From assembly GCF_006345805.1 (NCBI RefSeq), contig NC_042999.1:155558001-155622000 (forward strand): a stretch of DNA of 64,000 nucleotides. Reading direction: 5' to 3'. This document shows, one piece after another, positions 1 to 11,562 of this stretch. The notes below the pieces were generated by a model. The model saw only the letters and a program-made list of their open reading frames with translations, had not been told where the DNA came from and made no database searches. A program made the translations under genes and the position numbers. This DNA is from Octopus sinensis. Its lineage: Eukaryota. Positions within the stretch are counted from its first letter, which is position 1. Every line of letters starts with the position of its first letter.

Positions 1-274
1 GACGGCAATTTTCTTTAACACCCACCCACCAGCCGACCCCTTCTTTTCCTACCTCAGATACCCGACTTTGGGTCTTTCCCAACTCCACTACCCTCATTTC
101 AATCTTGAACATACAATACATTATCTCGGGTAATTCAAAACTATTTGTCTGGTTCAAATAAGGAACATTAGACAAGCCGATTGTACACTTAAATTCATGT
201 ATGTACGCATGGAAAAATACATACATACATATATATATATTTATATATACACATACACACACACACATATGATG

Positions 275-348
<74 letters not shown>

Positions 349-689
349 TGATTAGAAGCCGAAAGGGTATGCTCCCGACTTTCAGTGTTCCCAAATCCGA
401 TTCAAGGAATTCTGGCTGAAGAAAGAAATGTCGAATTGACTAATCTAGAAAAGTACGTCTCAAATAACCTTGCACTTGATTTTTTAATGTTTTTTCCCCA
501 TATTTTGTGAGTTGGTTTAGGCAACACTATCTGAGAGAGATCTTCTTTAAGTATTAGAAATAGCTGAAGAAATTTCTTTAGCTGCTATTTCTAATGAGTT
601 CAGTATGTGGCAAAGTAATTTATTTTACTAAGCCCTTATATATAATGTATATGTATATATATATATATATACACACACATATATATATG

Positions 690-738
<49 letters not shown>

Positions 739-740
<2 letters not shown>

Positions 741-3530
741 TCATCATCATCATCATCGTTTAACGTCCGCTTTCCGCGCTAGCACGGGTTGGACGGTTCG
801 ACCGGGTCTGGAAGCCAGGGGCCGCTCCAGGCTCCAGTCTGAATCTGGCAGAGTTTCTACGGCTGGATGCCCTTCCTAACGCCAACCACTCCGTGAGTGG
901 ATTGGGTGCTTTTTACGTGCCACCTGCACAGAGGCCGGAGGGTCCGGCATCGTCACGATCGGTTCGAGCATTTTAACGTGTCAGCGGCACGGGGGGGCAA
1001 CGAGGTCGGGGGTACTTGGGGGATCGGGGTACTTTGGGGATCCAGGGTACTTTGGGGATCCGGGGTACTTAGAATGGGTAGGGGGTATGTGGAATTGCTG
1101 CAGAAAGCAGTCCGGGTCTTTGTAGTCACAGCATATCTCCAGAGATCTCGGTCCTTCGCCATTGCCTCAGTGAGGCCCAATGTTCTGAGGTCATGCTTGA
1201 CCACTTCATCCCATGTCTTCCTGGGTCTACCTCTCCCCCTGATACCTTCAACTGTTGGGAGTGGCACTTCTTCACACATCTCTCTTCATCCATCCGCAGC
1301 CATGACCATACCATCGCAAGCGTCGCTCTTGCACACCACATCTGATGCTTCTTATATCCAGCATTTCTCTCAGGATACTTACACTCTGTTTTGCGTGCAC
1401 ACTGACACTACACATCCCGCGGATCATGCTAGCTTCATTTCTTTCAAGTCTACGCATGTCTTCTGCAGTCACAGCCCATGTTTCATTACCATGAAGCATG
1501 GCAGTTCGCACACATGCATCATACAATCTACCTTTTGCTCTGAGGGAGAGACCTTTTGTTGCCAGTAGGGGTAGGAGCTTTCTGAACTTTGCCCAGGCTA
1601 TTCGTATTCTAGTGGTGATACTCTCTGTGCATCCACCTCCGCTACTAACTTGGTCACCCAGGTAGCGGAAACTATCAACTACTTCTAGTTTCTCTCCCTG
1701 GAGTGTGATGGAATCTGTTTTCTGAGTGTCTGTTGTGTCTATTGTCCCTGTGCATCTGCCGCACATGAAAGCTATCTTATCTGTTAATTTCCCTTTAATG
1801 TTGCTGCACCTCTTATGTGTCCATAACTTACATTGGGTGCATCTTATGGAGTTTCTACCTGTACCTTTCCTACAGGTTGAGCAGGGCCACCTACCGAGGG
1901 GATGTGTGCTGAGTACCTCTTGTTGCTTACTAATACTTTGGTCTTTGCTACATTTATTCTAAGGCCCTTTGATTCCAACCCTTGCTTCCACACCCGAAAT
2001 TCTCTTCTAGTTCCAGTAGTGATTCTGCTATGAGAGCTAGGTCATCGGCATAGAGGAGCTCCCAGGGGCATCCCGTTTTGAATTCCTCTGTTATTGCTTG
2101 AAGGACTATGATGAATAAAAGGGGACTGAGGGCTGAGCCCTGGTGCACACCTACTTCTACCCGGAATTCTTCACTATATTCGTTGCCAATCCTAACCTTG
2201 CTGACAGCCTCTCTGTATAGAGCCTGTACAGCCCTTATTAGCCATTCTTCAATCTCCAGTTTCCGCATCGACCACCAGATAAGGGAATGGGGAACCCTGT
2301 CAAAGGCTTTCTCCAAGTCTACAAAAGCTATGTAGAGGGGTTTATCTTTAGCTAGGTACTTCTCCTGCAGTTGTCGGACCAGAATATAGCATCAGTGGTG
2401 CTTCTACCTGGTACAAAACCAAACTGCATTTCATCTAAACAAATTCTCTCCCTAATGAGAGATTGGTATGACCTTCTCTGAGACCTTCATCACCTGGTCC
2501 AACAGTTTGATGCCTCTGTAGTTATTTCTATCTAGAGCATCACCCTTACCCTTGTAGCAGTTGACTATGGTGCTGCTGCACCAGTCATTGGGTATGACTC
2601 CATTGTGAACTACCTGGTTTACAATGCGGGTGACTATGGCATAGCCCACATAGCCAGCTGTTTTAAGCATCTCAGCAGTGATTCCTGATAGGCCAGGGGC
2701 TTTGCCTGGTTCATATCCTTAATTGCCTTATCTACAAGGAGCTGTCTATTCGGGAAGCTGGTCCCTCTACTGGGTCAACATTTGGCAGGCTCTCCTCCTC
2801 CCATTCATTCTCCTCATTCAGCAGTCTTTCATAATGGCTTCTCCAAGCCTCTTTCTTTTCACTAGTAGTAAAAGCAAGTGCCCATCATCCATGCGGACAC
2901 ATTTCTCTCCTATAACATCGCTATTTTCTCTGACACACTGTCTGGCAATCCGAAATACTTCGGCTCTTTGATCCTCGCGACGCTGGACATTGGCAAACTT
3001 CTTCTTTTCTGCTGCATCTTTGGCAATGTAGACCTGCCGCCCAGCCTCCCTTTTGGCTATCTGGTACAGTTCCCTGCTGCCCCCATCCTTCCAGGCTTTC
3101 CAGGCCCGTCTCTTTTCACAGATGGCTTTATCTACTGCACTATTCCACCACCACGTAATTCTAGGTCTGGAAGGGACTTTGCACCATCCACAGACTTGGT
3201 CTGTGGCACTCAACAAGCTGTCCCGTAGGAATTCCCAGCTACCTTCTATGTCTGACGTCTGAAGCTCCTCCTCCCTCTCATCAAATTTCTTGATGAGTAT
3301 GTCCCTAAATTTCTGACCATGCGAAGGGTTCTTAGCCTCCAAATCCTTCTTTTCTGGATTGGTTTGTTTCTTGGAGTCCTTCTGGCCTCAAGCTTAAAGT
3401 CACTGATGATTAGTCTATGCTGAGGGATACATTCTTCACCCGGGAGGGTCTTTGTATTCAAGAGCAACCCTGCATCCCGTTGTCTGGTGAGGATGAAGTC
3501 TATTTGGCTAGCGGAGTCTCCTGACTGATA
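739..3530 (-). mobile_element. 5'-truncated, frameshifted RTE-clade LINE (C-terminal APE endonuclease, RT, C-terminus, 3'UTR, (ATG)n tail)
   Basis: Minus-strand ORF pieces read SQIDFIL..HRLIISDF (APE end), EKAFDRVP, VHQGSALSPLLF, LLYADDL, FRYLG, RLRWYGH and GRGRPRKTW. The 3'UTR runs on to ...GGACGTTAAACG(ATG)n at 739-760. Broken into at least five ORF pieces. Confidence 0.92.
1008..1070. repeat. G-rich ~20-bp tandem repeat (GGGGTACTTTGGGGATCC-like, about 3-4 units) at the LINE ORF end/3'UTR
   Basis: Direct repeats visible in the sequence. Confidence 0.75.
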
Positions 3531-3612
3531 ATATAATATTATATATATACATATATATGTATATGTGTGTATATATATATATATACATATGTATGTACAT
3601 ATATATATATGT

Positions 3613-3653
<41 letters not shown>

Positions 3654-3945
3654 GTGTGGTATATATAGATACACGCACATACATATATAATCCATAGATA
3701 CATATATGTGTATATATATATGAATATATATGCACACACTCACACGTACATACACATATATATACTTTCGTATGCATGTACACACCACACACACACACAA
3801 GCACACATGCATATATATACACCGACACATGCTCATATATACTTACAAATACACATACATATATACCACAAACATACACATACACATACACCAACTTTCA
3901 TACACACACACACGCAAACATGCACACACACACACACATGCACAG
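3531..3945. repeat. compound (TA)n/(TG)n/(CA)n microsatellite block
   Basis: Direct reading; source of the YIYI/HTHT pseudo-ORFs. Confidence 0.9.
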
Positions 3946-4199
3946 ACTCCGTGCCACAATGACAACCTCAATACACCCACGTTACATCATCAAGCAAACA
4001 CCCTTATCTGAACATCTCGACAACCAGCCAACAAAACACAAAATGAAAAATAACATACCTTCTGTCTACCCCACGGTTTTTGACCCTTTTGTTCTATCAG
4101 ATAGCGACAGGGGAATCTAGACATTTGAAAACCTCAGGCCCTGATAAAATCACAAGCACATACCTGAAACACCTACATCATCTTCAAATCCTTGGACAT

Positions 4200-4432
4200 T
4201 TCTGTTTCGAAACCCGGAGTCATAGGATCAGTTTCTATGGTGCATAAATGACCGAGATTGCAACATTAACCTTGAATCAGATGCCCGTCCATTCAGAGTT
4301 ATTCGTTTATAGCTGAGTCAAGTAGAGAAATCTAAAAGGAAGTATTTTGCATCACCCGGGCCAGGAATTGAAACCACGATCTTGTAATCATGAGCACAAG
4401 ACCTTAACCATTGAGCTACAAGCTTCCACACC
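4200..4432 (-). mobile_element. decayed tRNA-derived SINE
   Basis: Minus strand reads TAGCTCAATGG (A box) ... GGTTTCAATTCC (B box), then a body with TTATTTCACG/CTCAGCT-like remnants shared with the copies at 21.6 and 40.6 kb. Confidence 0.55.
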
Positions 4433-4624
4433 TGAAGAAATCATTATACTCACCAACATGTACCACTGCTCATTCTAACAATGTCAAACTCCCATGTTCC
4501 AAAAGATGAGCAAAAATTATACTATCTCCAGAGCCCAAGTGGTGTTGTTACCTTACCAAACCAATTTTTAGAAAGGCTAACACTCGACCTCACTAATCCC
4601 CGCATATTCCTCTCCTAATCATAT

Positions 4625-4986
4625 TAAGCAGCCATGCTGGGGTACCACCTTGAAGGGTTTTAATCCAGTGAATAACTAACTACTTGTGCTTAAGACTGTT
4701 TTACAGCCTGACATTTATTCAAGAATTTTCTTTTGCTGAACTGTTTGCTAAGCTGCAGGGATGTAAACAAACCAACACCGGTTGTCAAGTGGTTAGGGTG
4801 TCACACACGCACACACATGTATGCACATACACACATACGCACGTATGATGGGCTTCACACCAAATTCACCCATGTGGCAATGATTGGCGCGGGGCCATAG
4901 AAGAAGGCACTCATCCAAGGTATTGCACAATAAGACTGAACCTGAAACCACGTGATTGCCAAGAAAGATTCTTAACTACACAGCCC
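4625..4986 (-). mobile_element. decayed tRNA-derived SINE, family B (CORE-like body)
   Basis: Antisense similarity to the intact copies at 11155 and 63008. Confidence 0.65.
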
Positions 4987-5129
4987 TACCTGCACTTAAA
5001 CTCACAATCCTAACACGGAACATATATGATGGTTTCAACAACTACAAACTCACTATCCACACTCATACAAGAAATACTCTGAATAAAAACCTAAAGAAAC
5101 AACAAATAAATGCTAGTTTACAAATGACT

Positions 5130-5830
5130 CCTCGGGCCAATGTTCTCAACAAATCTCTTCTCTGTTTTCTTTCCTCGATCCACGCTTGCTCCCCTTTGGT
5201 AGGCAACATTCTCTCTTCTCCAGCATAGACTAATTCCAACAGGGAGATGGATGAAGCTCTATTACAGTGGAGAGAGCTGGGTTTGTCAGTTCCGGTTACA
5301 GTAGAGGATAGACGGAAACAGAGAGTATGGGACAATCTGCATTCAGGTGTCACTTTGGACTCCCTCCTGGATCAATCTGATCAATTTTCAAGGTGTCACC
5401 TACTTTCAGCTAGTGCAAAATTCTCAGGGGACTGTATTGATGCCCTGCCTGGGGCCAACATTGGATGTCTACTCAGTCTAAATGAACTCTGCATCTTCAT
5501 TGCATTCAGAGTGGGAGCTGATGTCTGTAGGGGACTGAGATGCTGCTGTGGTAGGCCCTTCAACCCCACAGGTCTTCATGGTCTGTCTTGCCACCTAAAT
5601 GCTGGTCACTTCACTCATCACACCTGAGTTAAACTTTATCATTAAGCGAGCCCTGACTCTGATTAATATCCCTTCAATTCTGGAGCCGTCAGGGTTATCC
5701 CGAAGTGATGGAAAGAGACCAGATCATCTTACCCTCTGTCCCTGGGTTAGAGGTAGGTGCTTCATTTGGCACACCACAGTCTGCAACTCCTTTGCTCTCT
5801 CCCACATCCTGGATGCTGCAGTTAATGGGG
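5130..5830 (+). mobile_element. CRE-like non-LTR retrotransposon 3' fragment (zinc knuckle and RLE domain), decayed
   Basis: CCCGRPFNPTGLHGLSCHLNAGHFTHH, then ELNFIIKRAL..LEPSGLSRSDGKRPDHLTLCPW..G..IWHTTV, typical of the CRE-clade C-terminus; frameshift near 5620. Confidence 0.8.
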
Positions 5831-5997
5831 GGGGGTCACATCCTTTCTCTAACACTCCTTAGAACGTACACACACACGGGCGCACACACATACATATGCA
5901 CAAACGCATGCACTCACACTCGCGTGCATATGTAGACACTTGTACTCATGCATATACATGCATGCACACACAAAGAAACACATACACACACACATTT

Positions 5998-6315
5998 CAT
6001 CATCATCATTGTTTAACGTCCATTTTCCATAGTGGCATGGGTTGAACAGACTGACTGGGGTCTGGGAAGCCAGGAGGCTGCACCAGGCTTCAATCTTGAT
6101 CTGGCAGTGTTTCTACAGCTGGATGCCCTTCCTAACACCAACCACTCCGAGAGTGTAGTGGATGGTTTTTACGTGCCACCGGTACAGGGGCCAGAGGGGG
6201 CTGGCATCGACCATGATCAGTTGGTGCTTTTTATGTGCCACCGGCATGGAAGCCAGTTAAGGCGACGCTGGCATTGGCCACGTTCGGATGGTGCTTTTTA
6301 CGTGCCACCAGCATG
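5998..6315 (-). mobile_element. short RTE 3'-end copy ((ATG)n-tailed), representative of about 20 copies in the window
   Basis: Shares GATGCCCTTCCTAAC.CCAACCACTC and GGACGTTAAAC(ATG)n with the 3'UTR of the LINE at 739-960. Confidence 0.85.
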
Positions 6316-6354
6316 GGGATCTCAACTACAATTTCCATTTTGATTTTGGTTTTG

Positions 6355-6560
6355 ATATACTATATATATATATATATATATATATTGATGTACTATATGT
6401 ATATATTCGCGCACGCTTACATGCCTGCAGGCAACATATATATTACATATATGTATGTGTATGTATCTATGTATATATATATGTATGTGTGTATGTATAT
6501 ATATATACATATATATGTACATACATGGAGGAAACACACACACACACACACACACACACA

Positions 6561-6609
<49 letters not shown>

Positions 6610-6735
6610 TATATATATATATATACACATATGTGTGTATGTGTGTATGTGTGTATGTATATATATATACATACATGTATAGACGAAAGCATACATATAT
6701 GTGTATATGTGTGTGTGCATACATGTGTGTGTGTA
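6355..6735. repeat. compound TA/CA/TG microsatellite
   Basis: Direct reading. Confidence 0.9.
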
Positions 6736-8286
6736 ATAGGGCTAAATTAAAGGTTTTCACGGCTGAAAGCAGTTTGTCTTACAAAACACAGCATGTGGAG
6801 GAATTAACGATACTTTACGAAACCAGCCTAATATGTTTGTCTAAACACCATCGCTTCCTTCCACCTAAACCCACAGGATGCATTCCGTTAGAGGAAGGAA
6901 GACCTGCTAGAAATAGCAGCAGACTTTCTTGGATTTTCTCTCAAATCAACTCAGACTGTCTTGGAAAATGTAAGGCACATTCACTCATGTAGTCCACGGT
7001 GTACTATGACTGAAAAATAAAAAGAGATGGTCTTCTGAAATTGTAGGATACATTCCAGCAAAGAAGGAATAGCTGCTGGAAATAGCAGCAAATTCTCTCT
7101 CAAATCAATGCCAGCCGTCTGAAAGAATGGAAGATGTATTAGCTAAAGTAGTCCAGGGTAGGCTATGTTTGAAAAACATAGATGAGTTGGTCGCAGTTGG
7201 AATATTTTTTCTTGTTAGGTTTACTCAATGATGGAAGACCTGGGGTTAAAAAACAGCATTACCAAATTATCCATATTTTAGCGATGACTCTTGATAAAAA
7301 AAAAAGACGTATTTGGTTTCGTCTGAACTTGAACCCAAAATGCAGACTAACAAAGTACATCCATCCTCATGAGTCACTGATTCATTCTTCAATGATCTAG
7401 GATAACACAGGATGCTCATTGTGAACAGTGTTACACTTATCACAAATTGATCTGTGATAATACGGGTTGGCGATCAATCAAAATTTCTGTTTGGACAGCA
7501 AAAGCACCCCCTTCCCCCAGTGACCATTTACACTGCTCAGGACAACTTTTGGGGGTCTCAGAAAGAAATTTATTCCCCCCCCCCCCCACCATGTTCTATG
7601 ATTTATCACTAATTCATTTATCGTGGTGCTTCTTGTTTCGTTTCTTTCTTAAGCAAACTTATAATAAATGAAGACACATAACATCCAGCAAGCTATGGTT
7701 TGAGCTGAGGCTATGGTAGAAGACACCTAGTGTACCTCACAGCGGAATTGAACCCGACACTACATTGTGTTGAAGCAAGCTTCTTAACCAGACACCCAAA
7801 ACTCAAATCAGTGAAGGACTCTCAACACCGACAGTACGTGAGGTTCATGGAAAAGAAAAAAAAAAAGAAAGAAAACCCTAGAGTTTTTAAGTAATTTTAA
7901 TCAACTAGATCTAACACATGTATCTAGAAAATGTGAGGAGAGCCTTTTCCTGTTCCTTTCCGCTTATTTTTGTGAACAAGAGTTTTTAGCAGTGTTTATT
8001 AATTAAAAATAAATTTTGTATTAGACTGTCAAATGACAAAGATATGTGGGTGTGACTAGAATTTAGTTACTTATTAACCCTTTCGATATCAACCATCTGA
8101 GACCGTCTCTGACTCTATAACACAAACTTCCTGTCTGGCATGATCTAAATTTAAACCTGCCATCAAAAGGCAATGTATTTCAACAGAAATATTGTAACAA
8201 ACAGTGGCTTGGGAACCAAAAAAATGTGTTGGGAGTGCAGATATGGGTTCAAAATTTTTTACAAACAAGGTGGACTTTTTTCAATT

Positions 8287-8476
8287 TTAATATCTGTTGT
8301 GGCAGACGCCCCCAGGCAAGAAGTGGGCTGGTCCACAACTAATAAATAGTGGAGTGACACAATCAGTAGTGTCAGTTGGTGAAGGTATGCCATTCAGACC
8401 AGACATGTAGAGATGACGAAATACATCGTCATCATGGGACATATCAATGGCAACGAGGGTTTGAACTATATCATCA
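8287..8476 (-). CDS. candidate terminal coding exon of an unidentified host gene (DDIVQTLVAIDMSHDDDVFRHLYMSGLNGIPSPTDTTDCVTPLFISCGPAHFLPGGVCHNRY*)
   Basis: Acceptor tttgatattgacatttcccag, phase 2, open non-repetitive frame to TAA, AATAAA about 290 nt downstream; no homology recognised. Confidence 0.5.
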
Positions 8477-8519
8477 CTGGGAAATGTCAATATCAAAGCA
8501 AACACAGGTATGATAATTG

Positions 8520-8822
8520 TTTGTTCCTTCTTGAGCCGCGCCTGGCTCATAAAGGTTGGTTTCCCGGTTTCCTTGGTGTATAGGTTCCCCACTTGGACGG
8601 GACGCCAGTCCATCACAGGTGAGCTGCTAGATGCAGGAGGAAAGAGTGAGAGAAAGTTGTGGCAAAAGAGTCAGCAGAAGTTTGCCATTACCTTCTGCCA
8701 GAGCCACGTGGAGTTTAGATGTTTTGCTCATAAACACACACATCGCTCGATCTGAGATTCGAACCCACAATCTCTCGACCGCGAGTCCGCTGCTCTAACC
8801 ACTAGGCCATGTGCCTCCATGG
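8520..8822 (-). mobile_element. tRNA-derived SINE, family D
   Basis: Minus head GGAGGCACATGGCCTAGTGGTTAGAGCAGCGGACTCGCGG..GGTTCGAATC; body matches copies at 35102, 39322 and 43291. Confidence 0.8.
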
Positions 8823-9059
8823 TATGATAATAGTTATTGTTATTTTTATATTTGTGAAAGGGCTCAAGTGGTCCAAAATAACTCCATCTCATTAGAAATA
8901 TAGCTCTTCTCTTTCGCCAGCTGTCATATCATGGATGGTAAATTGATTTCCAACATAGAAAAGCCTGGTGGGCGAGGGAAACAGTCTATTATATCAACTC
9001 CAGATGGATGGATGGCAAAGTTGAACTCTTTGAATTAAATTAAATTAATAAAGGAGGCA

Positions 9060-9362
9060 AAGTGGTTGAGTTTCTTTCAAGCATTGGTCTTCTTGGAAGC
9101 AATGACTGAGACATTTGGCATTATGTTGTGTTTGAGAAGACACATCAAGCTGAGCAAAATCGCACTTGTGGCAAATACTGGTGTCATGCAAATGGCACCT
9201 GTGCTGGTAGCACATAAAAACACCCATTACACTCTTGGGGTGGTTGGCATTAGGAAGGGCATCCAGCTGTAGAAAACCATGCCAAATCAGACTGGAGTCA
9301 GGTGCAGCCTTCCAGCTTACCAGCTCCAATCAAACCATCCAACCCATACCAGCATGGACAAG
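9060..9362 (+). mobile_element. decayed RTE 3'-end-related repeat
   Basis: GTGGTTGGCATTAGGAAGGGCATCCAGCTGTAGAAAAC..AACCCATACCAGCATGG. Confidence 0.75.
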
Positions 9363-9415
9363 GGAAAACTAATAGTAATAATAATGATAATAATAATAAT
9401 AATAATAATAATAAT

Positions 9416-10059
9416 GGACAAGAAACAATAAATCATATTATCTCTAGCTGCCCAGTCCTGGCTAAGAAGGAATATATTCACAGACATGACAGAGTTGGAA
9501 CCCACATACATTGGAAGCTATGCCAACATTATGGAATAACAACAGAAAAAAGATGGTATAGGCACACACCAGAAAAGGTCACAGAAAACGAGAAAGCAAC
9601 CATACTCTGGGATATGCCGATACACACAGATAGAGAAATTAAGGCCAACAGACCAGATATAGTTGTCAGAGATCATGAAGAAAAAAAATGCTTTCTAATT
9701 GATGTATCAATACCGGCAGATGACAACGTGTCTCTAAAAGAAATGGAGAAACTCTCAAAATACAAAGACCTGGAAATAGAGGTAACTAGAATGTGGAACC
9801 TGAAAACAGAACAATTCCTATCATAGTAGGTGCATTAGGCATGATAAAAAAATACTCAGACAAATACATAACAAAAACACCAGGACTTACAAACACATAT
9901 AAATACAGAAAATTGCACTACTAGGCACTGCACACATCCTACGCAGAACACTTTCCATACAATAACCATCAGAGCATCAGAACAAATCACAGCACATACC
10001 CAAGGCACACAGAGCTGCGCTTGGTAGTGAAGTGAAAGCACGCTATAAAAATAAAACTA

Positions 10060-10062
<3 letters not shown>
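9416..10062 (+). mobile_element. 5'-truncated R4/Dong-like RLE non-LTR retrotransposon inserted in a (TAA)n microsatellite
   Basis: ETINHIISSC..RHDRVG..WDMPIHTDREIKANRPDIVV..LIDVSIP..KLSKYKDL (PD..D RLE motif), plus 3'UTR; (AAT)n on both flanks. Confidence 0.85.
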
Positions 10063-10104
<42 letters not shown>

Positions 10105-10106
10105 TA

Positions 10107-10403
10107 ATCATCATCGTTTAGCATCCGCTTTCCATGCTGGCATGGGTTGGACGGTGCAACTGGGGTCTGGGAAGCCAGAAGCTGCACCAGGCCCAGTCTG
10201 ATCTGGCAATGTTTCTACGGCTGGATGGCCTTCCTAACACCAACCACTCCATGAGTGTGGTGGGTGCTTTTTTGTGCCACCAGGTGCCAGACGAGGCTGG
10301 CAACGGCCACGATCGGATGGTGCTTTTTATGTGCCACCGGCAAGGAAGCCAGTTGGGGCGGCGCTGGCAATGGCACGTTCGGATGATTCTCTTATGTGCC
10401 ACC
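10107..10403 (-). mobile_element. short RTE 3'-end copy
   Basis: Same diagnostic motifs as 5998-6315. Confidence 0.85.
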
Positions 10404-10449
10404 GGCACCTGATGAAGGCTGGAGGGTATATCAGCTGAAACGTTGTATT
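10404..10449 (+). ncRNA. minimal type I hammerhead ribozyme motif (Penelope-type)
   Basis: GGCAC-CTGATGA-A-GGCTG-GAGGGTATAT-CAGCT-GAAA-CGTT-GTATT: intact core boxes, 5-bp stem II, no stem III loop. Confidence 0.6.
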
Positions 10450-11154
10450 AACAAACAAGATGAGGACAAATACCCGTCAGATGTAAATAATGTACATAAT
10501 TCCTCATCTCTTAAATATAGAAAAAAAAGGGATGATAAATAGTTTTATAAAAAGTTTAAACATGCAAGTCTTTATTCATCATCCAACATTAAACAAACAT
10601 GATGAGGTAATTTAAAACGAAATTTCTTAGCGAATTTTCCTACCATAAAAATGTTTAGGGTGAAAGTTTCTATGACAACCTCAAACAATTAGTGAAAGCA
10701 TAGTATATGCTACCAAATCAGACTTGTTTACGATTGACAGATATTGCATAAACCCTACTACCTTGGTTCTCAAGCGTTGCTCTGCAGATTTATAGAAATA
10801 TGATTTAAGATTTTAGACAGTCCATGGTAAGGGTTGAGCATCTTGAATAATGTGTTATACATAATTTTGTCATAATACATAATATTCCTCACCATTGTCA
10901 TCATCATTGTTGTCATCATTATTATTATTATTATTATCGTTGCCGTTGTCATTATCATTATCATCATGAACGTCATCATTTTTTAAATTCCCACACATTC
11001 ATCCTTACATGGATCAGATGGAGTTTATTGAAGCAGATTTTTTTGGCCATTCTTGTGACATTCACCCACCTTTTAACAAAATTGCTGGGAGGCAGAATTT
11101 CTCTCTCCACCCTCACTTTCCTTTTCATGTGAAACTTGAAAAAGTTGATTGACG

Positions 11155-11562
11155 CGTAGGAGTGGCTGTGTGGTAAGTAGCTTGCTTACCAACCACATGG
11201 TTCCGGGTTCAGTCCCACTGCATGGCACCTTGGGCAAGTGTCTTCTACTAAAGCCTTGTGAATGGATTTGGTAGACGGAAACTGAAAGAAGCCCATCATA
11301 TATATGGATATATATATATAATATATATATATATGTATGTGTGTGTATATGTTTGTGTGTCTGTGTTTATACCCCCAACATTGCTTGACAACCGATGCTG
11401 GTGTGTTTACGTCCCTGTAACTTAGCAGTTCGGCAAGAAAAACCGGTAGAATAAGTACTAGGCTTACAAAGAATAAGTCCTGGGGTTGATTTGCCCGACT
11501 AAGGGTGGTGCTCCAGCATGGCTACAGTCAAATGACTGAAACAAGTAAAAGAGTAAAAGAGA
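11155..11562 (+). mobile_element. near full-length tRNA-derived SINE, family B
   Basis: A box GGCTGTGTGGTAAG, B box GGTTCAGTCC, CORE-like ACCTTGGGCAAGTG, internal TA/TG tract, (GTAAAAGA)n tail. Confidence 0.85.

Noticed and set aside
553-592. Short hairpin TAGAAATAGC..GCTATTTCTA
   Set aside because: The motif recurs elsewhere (6.9, 7.1, 47.7, 62.4 kb) as part of a short repeat; most simply two opposed fragments
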